Shown: positions 40,201 to 52,451 of the stretch, piece after piece
Numbering within the stretch: the first letter of the stretch is position 1
Layout of the letters: each line of letters opens with the position of its first letter
NCBI GenBank assembly: GCA_965644295.1
Contig: CBFFRP010000298.1
Coordinates: 434,001-498,000, forward strand
Source of the DNA: Paraphysomonas bandaiensis
Taxonomy: Eukaryota > Protista > Chrysophyceae
Reading direction: 5' to 3'
DNA: 64,000 nucleotides
Program-made: the position numbers and the translations under genes
Notes under the pieces: generated by a model
What the model was told of the DNA's origin: nothing
The model's database searches: none
The model's input: only the letters and a program-made list of their open reading frames with translations

Positions 40201-42904
40201 TATGAAGGGGGAGTTTTCTGGCACATATCAGAGTCTGCGAGACCTTGGAGCAGATGAGAAGCAGAGACTGGTGAACAATGGATTACTACCTTCCGCCCCC
40301 GCTGACAACTCACCGTATGGAAGTGCGGGTGTGGGAAGGGATTGGCCTGATGGTCGTGGAGTGTTTAGTAATGGATCCAGTGAGTTTGCGGTGTGGATAA
40401 ATGGAAATGACCACATCAGTGTGATCTGTCAGAACCAAGGGGGCGATATATCAGCCGTATTTGAGGATTGGATCGGTGCTACGAATAGCATTGAGAGGTG
40501 CATGGTGTCAAGTGGGATGGAATTTGCCATGAGCGACCGCTTAGGCTACTTGACAACTTGTCCTTCGAATGTGGGGACCGGTTTGCATGCGAGTATGGTG
40601 GTTCGTCTCCCTGCATTGGGGAAAAAGGAGCCTGAGTTACATAAACTTTGTGCGCAATGCGGCCTGACAGCACGTCGTGTTGATGGATCGGAAGACCACT
40701 GGGAACTTGGTAATAAGGCAACATTGGGCAAGACGGAGTTGGAAATTGTTCAGATGATAGTAGACGGTGTGGCAGTTGCTATTGCTCGAAATAAGGAAAT
40801 CGAGGAAGATAGTTTGAAGTATCCCGCTTTTACTGATAGTCATATATCCTTAATGCGGCAAAATCTAACTCCAGAGATGTTTGAGAATATGAAACATCGT
40901 CATACAGCCAGTGGAGTAGGCCTCATGGCACACATTCAGAGTGGTGTTGATGTGCCCTCTGCTGAAGTTGGGCTGACCGCAAGTGAAAACGAGAGCTATG
41001 ATACCTTCAAAGAAATATTTGATGCTGTTATTGAAGGTTATCATGGTGTGAGCTTATCAGGAGCTGACAGCGTACACGTATCGAACCAGGATAGCTCTGA
41101 GTTGGAGCGGATGGAAAACATTGATTATAACTACGTTATTTCTAGCCATTTGAGGTCTGTTAGGAATGTGAAGGGTCACCAGTTTCCCACCTCGATAAGT
41201 TCATCTGGCCGTCTGACTCTGGAATCCGCCTTGATGGATTCATTAGTGTCTATGAAGGGGGAGTTTTCTGGCACATATCAGAGTCTGCGAGACCTTGGAG
41301 CAGATGAGAAGCAGAGACTGGTGAACAATGGATTACTACCTTCCGCCCCCGCTGACAACTCACCGTATGGAAGTGCGGGTGTGGGAAGGGATTGGCCTGA
41401 TGGTCGTGGAGTGTTTAGTAATGGATCCAGTGAGTTTGCGGTGTGGATAAATGGAAATGACCACATCAGTGTGATCTGTCAGAACCAAGGGGGCGATATA
41501 TCAGCCGTATTTGAGGATTGGATCGGTGCTACGAATAGCATTGAGAGGTGCATGGTGTCAAGTGGGATGGAATTTGCCATGAGCGACCGCTTAGGCTACT
41601 TGACAACTTGTCCTTCGAATGTGGGGACCGGTTTGCGTGCGAGTATGGTGGTTCGTCTCCCTGCATTGGGGAAAAAGGAGCCTGAGTTACATAAACTTTG
41701 TGCGCAATGCGGCCTGACAGCACGTCGTGTTGATGGATCGGAAGACCACTGGGAACTTGGTAATAAGGCAACATTGGGCAAGACGGAGTTGGAAATTGTT
41801 CAGATGATAGTAGACGGTGTGGCAGTTGCTATTGCTCGAAATAAGGAAATCGAGGAAGATAGTTTGAAGTATCCCGCTTTTACTGATAGTCATATATCCT
41901 TAATGCGGCAAAATCTAACTCCAGAGATGTTTGAGAATATGAAACATCGTCATACAGCCAGTGGAGTAGGCCTCATGGCACACATTCAGAGTGGTGTTGA
42001 TGTGCCCTCTGCTGAAGTTGGGCTGACCGCAAGTGAAAACGAGAGCTATGATACCTTCAAAGAAATATTTGATGCTGTTATTGAAGGTTATCATGGTGTG
42101 AGCTTATCAGGAGCTGACAGCGTACACGTATCGAACCAGGATAGCTCTGAGTTGGAGCGGATGGAAAACATTGATTATAACTACGTTATTTCTAGCCATT
42201 TGAGGTCTGTTAGGAATGTGAAGGGTCACCAGTTTCCCACCTCGATAAGTTCATCTGGCCGTCTGACTCTGGAATCCGCCTTGATGGATTCATTAGTGTC
42301 TATGAAGGGGGAGTTTTCTGGCACATATCAGAGTCTGCGAGACCTTGGAGCAGATGAGAAGCAGAGACTGGTGAACAATGGATTACTACCTTCCGCCCCC
42401 GCTGACAACTCACCGTATGGAAGTGCGGGTGTGGGAAGGGATTGGCCTGATGGTCGTGGAGTGTTTAGTAATGGATCCAGTGAGTTTGCGGTGTGGATAA
42501 ATGGAAATGACCACATCAGTGTGATCTGTCAGAACCAAGGGGGCGATATATCAGCCGTATTTGAGGATTGGATCGGTGCTACGAATAGCATTGAGAGGTG
42601 CATGGTGTCAAGTGGGATGGAATTTGCCATGAGCGATCGCTTAGGCTACTTGACAACTTGTCCTTCGAATGTGGGGACCGGTTTGCGTGCGAGTATGGTG
42701 GTTCGTCTCCCTGCATTGGGGAAAAAGGAGCCTGAGTTACATAAACTTTGTGCGCAATGCGGCCTGACAGCACGTCGTGTTGATGGATCGGAAGACCACT
42801 GGGAACTTGGTAATAAGGCAACATTGGGCAAGACGGAGTTGGAAATTGTTCAGATGATAATAGACGGTGTGGCAAAAGTAATTACTTTTGAGAAAGATAA
42901 CTAA
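37265..42904 (+). CDS. Probably N-myristoylated EF-hand protein with an acidic linker and four tandem ATP:guanido phosphotransferase (phosphagen kinase-like) domains
   Basis: 5' exons give MGIGLSVE and EF-like DFNGLGHITMDE. Each domain has IQSGVD, ESYDTFKEIFD, GRDWPDGRGVF, RLGYLTTCPSNVGTGLRAS and LGKTELE. Confidence 0.85.
38123..38612 (+). repeat. Three 165-bp (55-aa) Ala/Asp/Thr-rich coding repeats
   Basis: SETKSVDAPG starts at 38123, 38288 and 38453. Confidence 0.85.
38705..42874 (+). repeat. Four near-identical 1050-bp tandem units, each one kinase-like domain
   Basis: Units start at 38705, 39755, 40805 and 41855. Differences seen only at about 38849, 40587, 42637, 42860 and the end of copy 4. 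Confidence 0.97.
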
Positions 42905-44355
42905 GGCTTTTGTTGGTATGAAAGTCGGTCGACATAATAAATGTGGAATATATACATATTCGCGGCAATATATATCCGTAATAGAAGTTAAACAAAGTTT
43001 TCGTGCTATGTATTTTAGGCACTGTTTACTTTACATGAGTTGAAATTGTTTGTAACTAAGTCAGAGCAAAGAAGTACAATATTTATATATAGCTGTTATT
43101 ACGTTTTCGTCGTAAATAAGATTTATAGCTAGTCTTAGTGTTCAATGAAAGATATACTTCGTATTGGTTAGAAGGTAAAGATTAATTATTAAATATAAAA
43201 AACTTCACATGAGGGATTAAGTATAATAGCAAGAATAGCTGTGTGTGTTGGAAATTGCTCATTTTAAGCTAGATCACAGAGAGAATTTGTCGTAAGACTA
43301 GATATATTTATTAATAACGTTTACACGAAGTAGTGATAAACAACACCAACTCATTTTGATCCATGCATAATATCCTACATATGCGAACCTCTCGTTACTG
43401 AACATATCTTGAAAGATCAAACTATTTCAGTTTATCAATATCATCACAGCATTTGTACATCACTATATTTCACTGTATTCTTGTACATTGTCTTCAAGAG
43501 ACATACTGAATATACTAGAATAAGTTCCATATTCTAATAGTGTGCTGCTTGCTTCTTGTACGAAGAAATAGGTATTCCCTGACTAATATTTAGAAAGAAA
43601 AATCAAAATCAAAATTCTGTGAATGGGAAGTGTGCAACATTAATTCATTACAACAAATTTCCATATTTCAATATTCCACAACTAATGTACCTCTACCACA
43701 GAAGAATAGTAGAAGGGAATATTATATACTAATGACAACAACCAACCTTCGGCTCTGTGGAATATGACGATAATTATTCCGAAAAAAGTGCTTTGACTAG
43801 ACTGCAGTGTTGTTGATGGTGTTGATGAGAGTGTCGATATCAATACACCAACAGAACCTGAGAATATGGATGTTGATGAAGCAGGTGGACCTGTCATTGA
43901 AGTAGAGCCAGTCGTTTCAACCTCCATATACGTTGAACAGTTTCTAATCTGTATCTATTATGGTGGGACAGACTATGCAGTGCTACGTCTAGAAGAGGTT
44001 CCAGTTAGATTTTTTGCAGCTTCACCACTGAAGCTATATATATGTTGACCACCACAAGAGTCTGTGATAAGTGTCCCCCTTTGTATCACTAGGTAGTTTT
44101 TACTGCTATATTTAACTACTTCTGTAGAAATTTAACTCTTATAGAAGTTTAAATTAATAATAATAATAGTAATAATAATTTTTTTAAACATAACAATGTA
44201 TCTACTATTCATCAACAGAACCTGGCAAAATCACTTTACCAGGTTTGGGCATCACAGCCACTTATTGCAATTGCGAGGTATTGAAATTCGTATATAAGTG
44301 TGATAGTCGCGAATGTCTTATTATTAGAAATATGCGTTTAAAAGTCAGTGCTTAA

Positions 44356-44720
44356 CTGATAATATCCTCTACTATATATTTAACGCTACGAAATTGCTTG
44401 TGCGTCACCGTAAGCACCAAGGCGCAACCACTTTTGCTCTGTCATTCACAGCAAATGCAGTGAGCAAGCACAATGTTGATATACCTGAAATCTGCTAACA
44501 ACTTCAGGTGAACAGCCAAGATGTTTGACCTCAGCAGGCAGCACAATACCCCAGACCCCAAATGACCTTGAGGTGGGCACATTTGCGGATGCCTGTTTAT
44601 TCGTCAACGTCCAAAGACATCTACACAAGTGAATCATATTAGTTATTAGTGTCCCTCTTGTGTACCACACAAGCATTTTTAGCTATGAATGGGCAGAAAT
44701 TATCTGCTGAGTATATATGC
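44356..44720 (-). repeat. Dispersed repeat family, copy 1 (unclassified TE relic)
   Basis: Its reverse complement shares GACGAATAAACAGGCA, CAGGTATATCAAC and AGAGCAAAAGTGGTTGC with the copies at 51.5 kb and 58.8 kb. Confidence 0.8.
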
Positions 44721-45724
44721 TCACACGTTAGTAGCTTCTGATAAATTTCAATTCAGATACTGTTAAGATCTGAAGATTCTATATACTTGCAATTGAGTGC
44801 AGTACTATGTGAGATCACTGAGTGTGTGGTTTGTACACTATAGTAGTAAATTATGGTGTTGAACACATCGAATACAACTTAGGCTCTTTATCATGTAATG
44901 GTTAAAATTTCATCTTATCAATTGAGAATAGCTAACCTTAGCATATAAAGTCAACTTCTACTTTCGAAAAGGCAGTCGTGAAGATTCAATGTGGCAACGA
45001 AGCCGTAACTCGGACGGCAAAGGATCAAACTAAAATATATTTGTACGGTGCGAGACTAGTTCCGAATGACGACGCAGCGCAACGTTTTATTGATGGTAGC
45101 AGGCAGCAGAAGCGAGCAAGACTTAACCAGCAAACTCGTTACCGATGAAGCACTTGCATACCACAACCAATAAGGTTGAAAGGTTGTTCAGTAGAGCTAC
45201 GATTGTTATGACGGGCTTGCGCAAGAGCTTGACTCCTCAACATTTAAGAGATAATTATGTTTTTACGCATGAATCGTCGCCTCTGGAATGAAATGACAGT
45301 TGAGGTAGCTATATTGCAGTTAATTGCAATAGTTGAAATTGAGACAGCAAGTAATAATTGCAATTACAATTGACTGCAACCTGTGTCAATTAATTGGTAC
45401 GCAGCCCTGTCTGTTAGATACAGTGCAGTAAATCTACACTCAACAGTTGCATTTCGCCGAAGTCTTTGTCATATCCTACTATATATTGCTCATACTGATG
45501 TCGTGTGTATACATATGCATGATTTCAACAATTACATGCATGCTGCCCTAAATACTACTTTTCGAAGCCTTTATACATATTAAGTTGACACGAAATTTAT
45601 GGCTAACACAGAATACACTATTCGTCAAAGGACTATAATATTGTCAAACCAATAACTACAAATAGGTGGCTACATATATTAAGTACAGATATGAACTCAC
45701 GATTACTTCGGACCTGCCTGCATC

Positions 45725-47641
45725 CTATTCTTCCCATTCAGCACTTGTAGTTAACGAAGCCCTCCTACTGTCGCTCTCAGTACCTGAGTGCCAATCATCC
45801 ATATCCACATCAGTCATCGACACCGAAGTGTTGTCATCCGTATCATCGAAATCATCGAAAGCATAAACACCGCTACCCCTCGAAGCCCCACCAGCTCTTA
45901 ACGATGGACCAAGAGTGTGTGCCTTTGGAGCAGGCGTAGTGTTACCCATCCTACCCACTACTGGTACCGTGCCTACAGACCTGTACGCAGCCGAATGTAC
46001 TGAAGCAGAAGAAGGAGTGCCAATCCCAAGAGTCGGAGAGCTTCGCCGATTACCCCGTGATTTTTGCCCATTGTGATGTGCGGTCACATCATCCGCAAAC
46101 TGAACCTTAGTTGGGGTTTCCTTGGTACTAGTCGTGTCAATTACTTTATCTTCACTCAACTGCTTTCCAAGTGCTAAGAGTTCTCGCTACAGCAATATGC
46201 TAATCAACAATGCATAGACTATATGCGGTGATACAATAACCTTTTTCGACGAGTTCAGTAGCTGGAGTGCTCTAACTAGGCCATCAGTAGCATATTGTGC
46301 TTCGTCATCAACAGCAGCCACGCTGTCGCTTCCGGGTACTCCACTTCTACGCGACTGTGGCGTGATTACTGTAGACTCATCCACAGGTTTCTCTGTTCCA
46401 TCTCCTAGAACAGACGATATCACACCACTCTCGCGAAATTCAGCTATTCCAGCCACAACAGCCGACCATCCACATCTCTCTGCAACGGCACTGCAATCCT
46501 CACCCTCCTATGTATAGAATTAGGTACATCAAGGGCCAAGCGATATCACGCGCACCATACTCAGTGTGGACGGATCTGCCCCGTGAGTCAGCAGACAGGC
46601 AACGGCCTCGAGATGCCCACCTGCGCTTGCGGAGTGTAGGGGTGTCCATCCAATCTGCCATTCAGCTCTAAAACCAAGTTAGAAAGCAGGGATTCGTCGT
46701 ACCGCATTGGAGTCAACAATATTCTCGCGCATCAAAGGAAATAACGTCGTAAGAGTGGACACATGCCCTCCAGCTGCGGCTAAATGCAACGGTGTATCCC
46801 CGTTCTACAATGCTGTTAGTAAGTGACCTTCACAAAGCGTATAGCAACATACCGCTGCACGGATTGTCGAGATATACTTCTCGTTATCCCGCATAATTTG
46901 TATTAAGTATTTGGCTACTTCCTGATTGCCAAACATGCATGCCACATGTAGAGGTGTGCGACCTATCTGTGTGAGTAGTGTCCATACATAAGCATCAGGC
47001 GATACATCTGCTAATGTATGTATACCTTATCTGATGTAAAGATATCGGCTGATAGATCCTTCACGAGCCACTCGCATATGTCTTCATTACCACATTCAGC
47101 AGCTAAATGAAGTGCAGTACTTCCACTCTATTATCCCATTAGATACACTCGTATAACACCACTGTATATATACATACATATACTCTATAGGCTTATGTGT
47201 ACCTTGGTTTGAACGAGGGCATCTGATCCTTGAGCATAGAGGTACTGGGCTGTTGTGAGATGTCCACCCAAGAGTGCATATAGGAAAGGAGTTCGGCCAA
47301 ACTTATTATAACAAAATATATAAGACTATGTATGTATATATGTATGTATGTGTATGTATGTGTATATATAGTAACATACACACAGAGATACATACATACA
47401 CACATGTACATGCGTACATACAGGTACATATACATACATACATATATACGTATCGTTATCATACCATATCACAGGCATTAACATCCTCTTTCTTCAGTTC
47501 ATTCATCAATACATCAATCTTGCCTATTAATGCCAATCTATGAACTTCCTGCATACCAGTCTACAAACGAAGTGAGATATATCATACATACACAAAAAAA
47601 AATAGACTCACTTCATTCATTTCAGAGGAAAAAATTACCAT
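45725..47641 (-). CDS. Ankyrin-repeat protein (about 6-7 repeats) with a low-complexity acidic C-terminus, multi-exon
   Basis: Exons encode GRTPFLYA, GSTALHLAA, GRTPLHVAC, GDTPLHLAA and GWTPLHSAS. Confidence 0.88.
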
Positions 47642-48085
47642 GATGTAATTTTAACAAATTAGTGGTAAAATTTGATAATATTCAATAACATATTAATATA
47701 TATATAGATGTGTGTTAGTTAAAGTAATGACTACAATGCATTGCTGCTGTGTATATGTTTGGCAGATGTGTATATAAGCAAACGTCCAATATCTACTGTA
47801 GATATCAATATAAACTAGTAGGTATAAAAAAGCTGAAAAAATACCCTCGACCTCAAAAATTGAGAATTTTTTCACTGAAATTTTTATATGTATAGTACTT
47901 GTATATGAAAACTATCCGTACAGTTTGTAATGTACTCGAGTACAAACTGTCAAGTACAACTGCACTATAGCTACATGTACAGCAGTACATAGTACACATG
48001 TCCACCTCTACCAGTACATTGATACATATAAACATACATACATACATAGTATATGGACATAAGTACACATCATTAAAGTACCAGC

Positions 48086-49811
48086 ATGAGTACCCTCTGC
48101 CAGAATTATCTCCAATATCTACAAAACGATTCCAATGGCACAGATGCAACCCCGTACCCCTCCGTGTACTGGTGCCCCCCCATAGGTCCTCCGGAAAGTG
48201 TTAGTGATGCATGTAGAGGTGTGCTGGCTATATGGGATGCACATCAACAGACAGGAGCATCTCTAGGGCTTGTGGATGGACGTATTGCTGATGCGGTTAA
48301 TGCAGCCAAACATATATCATCTCAATGCAAACTTGAGTTCACTCGTGCTAGAGGAAGGGTGAATAGATATGAGGGGATAGGCAAAGGCCCCCCACACTGC
48401 AGGTTCATAAACAGATCTGCAATTAAAATGGCTAATATGAACGGCTTATTTCGGCTCAATGAGTTATGTGATCGTTCTATTGACCGCTTTACGTTTGTGG
48501 ATCTCTGTGGTGGACCGGGCGGGTTCTGTGAGTACTTCTTGCGCACGTTTCAGGCAAAACACATATTGGGCTTTGCAATGTCGTTGGTTATCGATGCTAA
48601 CAGTACAGCCTCATCTTGTAATTGGGATTTAGATCACATGCATGATCCTCCGCACACAGCTGTCTTGGGAATTGAAGGGGATCACATTCAAGCTGCACGG
48701 AAGTTGTTTATTCTTGATGGAGTTGATGGCACTGGAGATTTATTTCTGAAGGCTAATGTCGATTACTTATGTGAATTCGTGCACTCGAAGCTGTCTGTCA
48801 GTGACTGTTGTGACGGCTATGGAGGTGTCGACTTCGTATGTGGAGATGGAGGTAGCGGAGAGGGACGAGATCGTGAGGACCAGGAGCTTGTTATGCTGCC
48901 CTTGCTCATCTGTCAAGTAGTTGCAATGCTGGGAGTGCTCCGAAAAGGAGGGGATTTTGTTCTCAAGACATTTACCATGCACCAGGTGTATATATGATTG
49001 CTACTGATAGTATTTACTTTTTTTTAATCTGTTTTGTTAGCCGATTACTGTGGGGATGGTACATTTACTTTCCCAGCTCTTTGACAAAATTGCAATTGTG
49101 AAGCCGGTGAGCAGCCGCCCCACCAGTAGCGAGCGGTATATCTACTGTCGCAATCTTCGACACTTAGAGAGGGAAGAAAGAAATCATCTTCAGAATTTTT
49201 TATGGAAAGCATGTGGCGCTTTTCGAACCAGAGATTATTCACGTATGATATCACCGCTTTGTAAACTAATATGGTAATGATTTCTCCGTGTTAGTTTCCA
49301 GCTTCGGTAACTCAGACCACGTGAAGGTCATACCTGACTGTGCGACTCCACTGATAAATTATATTAGGCAATGCAACGAGGCATTGCTTTTCGTACAGGT
49401 AATATCTTCTCCTCTTAAATTACTATGTCTGATTCTTGTTGGTGGTAGCTGAGCCACTTTCTACAGGCGTTTGTGTGTGTTTGTGACGAATATGCTTTTG
49501 AGTTCAGTGTTACTGATATCAAGAATATGTTGAATTTATTATCTAAAATTCGCACCAGAATACCTATGGATCGAGAATGTATCGATGAAGATACCCATGA
49601 TAGGGAAATAGATGTACCACCACGTAAGAAGCGTATGCTCGTCAGAAATGACTACAAAACAAATTATGATGAGCAGTGTCCTACATTTCACTGCTGTTTC
49701 CTTGTTCTACATCAGATTTTACACGCAATGAATAATGAATTTTTTAGACAGTTGCTTTGTTCCAACTCAGTCTCCTCTAATGACTATTATGATTTATGGG
49801 AGCTGTATTGA
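48086..49811 (+). CDS. FtsJ/RrmJ-fold cap-specific mRNA 2'-O-methyltransferase (CMTR1-like), multi-exon
   Basis: FINRSAIKMANM, FVDLCGGPGGFCEY, CGDGG, GGDFVLKTF and KPVSSRPTSSERY provide the K-D-K-E tetrad. Confidence 0.85.
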
Positions 49812-50275
49812 AGAACAATGACTGCCGATATGTATATCTGAGTGTAAAATCTCTATAACATTATATTTTTTAATGTTATAGCTCCCCGCATGATATTGTA
49901 TATATAAAAAAGTGGTGTTTGGCTATGTGGTTATGAAATTATTGCTTAGCTTTCCAAATTAACGAAAGTCTCTCCACAACAAACCATAGTCACTACGTTT
50001 AATCTTGTCTACCTTGGAGATATACACTTTATCTATTGGTAGCAGCATTTACAATAATTTGCTGCATAGTTGTTTGTATTTTGGTTACTCATTGGTGTCT
50101 TTAGAAGATATGTACCACATTCTCAAGGCGCAACATAGTGTAGTGATAGTGATGATTATAACTTTAATAGAATCCCAGTGGCGCCAAGCAAGCAATCCCT
50201 CACGAGATCTCCACAATACTTTCGTGATCCATACTTAGACAGCGTGATATGCATGATAAGTAAAGCACGCAGCAT

Positions 50276-50941
50276 TTACTTCTTCGGTATTAGATCACGA
50301 TTAATAGTATTCGACTTGCAAATATTCTTATGGCGCTTCCAATCAGCTTTCTGGCATTCGACAGAGCAGTAATCCACGGAATGACAACGAGAGCATATTT
50401 TCAATTTTCTTTCAGAGGTGAAACAGTTCGCGCATGCTTTAGCGGCAGGTTTTCGAAGTGGGTTCGTTGCAACTGTGGTTTCTCCAGTAGCTGCATTGTA
50501 TTGCTCCTCTGTAAGCCGTGCACGCATTTCATGCAGTGTTAAAAACCAGTTAATGAAGCTGTTCGCATATATTGCTTTACATGTTGAACTATGATTATGC
50601 CAATTCTTCCGCATACAGTCTCTACTACAGTATGATGCTCCACACATACACACTGATGTACATGTATTTGTACAAGCATCACACTCTACTAATACCGCAT
50701 GAGGACTTATATCAGGTGCAGGTACACCTTCTTTAAGACGAACGGAAGCATCAAGCTCCTCTTGACTGCCTATGAAATCAATCATATCGGGTGTTAAGTG
50801 TAATAGGAGTGGACCCAACAGAGAGTGTTTCAGTGTGTCGTTAAATGGCCATTCAGGAGGGAAGGGCCATATAAAAGGGAGACCATCATGCTTAGAGCAG
50901 TAGTCTTTATAAGTTTTGCTATTGAATGGTATATGAGACAT
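50276..50941 (-). CDS. MYND zinc-finger protein (one degenerate and one canonical finger), intronless
   Basis: CANC...CSRCHSVDYCSVECQKADWKRHKNIC and CDAC...CMCGASYCSRDCMRKNWHNHSSTC. Confidence 0.85.
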   Translation of the reverse strand: MSHIPFNSKTYKDYCSKHDGLPFIWPFPPEWPFNDTLKHSLLGPLLLHLTPDMIDFIGSQEELDASVRLKEGVPAPDISPHAVLVECDACTNTCTSVCMCGASYCSRDCMRKNWHNHSSTCKAIYANSFINWFLTLHEMRARLTEEQYNAATGETTVATNPLRKPAAKACANCFTSERKLKICSRCHSVDYCSVECQKADWKRHKNICKSNTINRDLIPKK

Positions 50942-51464
50942 ATCTTATAGTTAATACTACTGTGCTATTGTATATGTATATATATGTATGAGGATGAAGT
51001 GATCTTGTATGGGACATATACAGCGATATGTACAGAGTACACTTGAATATCCTCCTACCGAGTACAGCAGTACAGTACCAGGAGCACTTGTAGTTGAAGA
51101 TGGGGCATAAGGTACATATACCGAATAGTATACTGCTGTATACAAACATATACACATACACCAGCAATTTTCAGTTTTTAAGTCCACGGACTCCCAAAGA
51201 TACGCTCTCATGAGCTGTATTGTACATTCTTGCTGCCTTTTCAATCATGAGGAAGTCATTCTGCCCTTTGCCAAAGAGATAAGAAGGTGCGCTTTAAACC
51301 ATTCTTACAATGATGAATGCAATAGAATACGTTAATATAATTTATTCAACCGCGTGGACAGTTTGAACCACAAAAAAATATCCACCACTTCTTCAGATTT
51401 TCATAAATATTAGGCATAGCTTCGATCATGGCAACCATGCTACCTAGTTACAGTGCTAATAGCA

Positions 51465-51893
51465 CCCCTCAATAAAGTCGGACTCCCACCTTTTCGCGGT
51501 GTTCTGGGGGATAAGTACCGGAGTTATTTCTCCGGGAAACTATCGTGAGCCGCATATATTAGTCAAAAGAAAACATTCTGCCCACTCATAGCCAAAAGCT
51601 TGTGTAATACAATGGACACAAATAAGTGTCACTTGAGTAGACGTGTTTGGGCCCTGACGAATACACAGGCATCCGGGAATGGGCCCACCAGAAGGGCATC
51701 CGGGATATTAGGCTTGTTTCTGAAGTCAAGCATCCGGGCTGTTCACCTTAAGGAGTCAAAAACCCTGAAGTTAGTAGATGTCAGGTATATCAACATTTTG
51801 CTTGTTTACTTTGAGTGATAGAGCAAAAGTGGTTGCACTTTGGTGCTTGCGGGGACACAAGTACATTTCGTAGCGTGAAATAGTAGGATATCA
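51465..51893 (+). repeat. Dispersed repeat family, copy 2 (longest)
   Basis: Aligns by eye with 44356-44720 (rc) and 58817-59109. Confidence 0.8.
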
Positions 51894-52451
51894 GGGGTAA
51901 CCACTGCCTAATTATTTAAATTAGTTCTGACTCTTGAATGGCTATTGATAATACTAATAGCATTATCTTTTTGGATACCGTAATATACAACACCACAATA
52001 CAATATTAATATTATTTTGACCATACACACTGTGATATGTTAAATGTTATCCATCATTGAAATTGGTATCGAGAAATTCGTCAATATCTTATTGAACTAG
52101 AGCAGGCAGTAACCGTAAACAGTCACTAATTCCTACTGAGTTCTGAAATAGCAAGAAATATAACCACAGTTCTACAAAAAAGATAACTAGCTACGACACT
52201 CTTGAGTGTGGGAAGTCTAAGTTGAATTATTAATACTTTAAATAAGAGTTAAATTATCAAACTAAAATATACACATTAAAGAAATCGGCATGTACTAGAC
52301 CTGCTATACGCTAGCGTATAGTAGTTTACTGGGTCTCTGGAACTATTAAGAGCGATGATCTTCACAAATCATATGCATTGGTCACCCATTACGTTATTGC
52401 TATCGTGCATTTAATTCGACCGAGCATTCTTGTAAGATTTCATTGATAAAC

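Noticed and set aside
38705-42874. Tandem repeats considered as a CRISPR-like array or separate tandem genes
   Set aside because: The units are in frame within one continuous ORF, with no spacers or stop codons.
43682-44200. Ser/Thr-rich minus-strand ORF with an upstream hydrophobic stretch
   Set aside because: Short, interrupted by stops, and with no recognisable domain. It may be a gene relic but this cannot be supported.
45314-45383. Imperfect palindrome TTGCAGTTAATTG...CAATTGACTGCAA ending in CCTG
   Set aside because: It could be a TE end, but no partner TIR or TSD was found.
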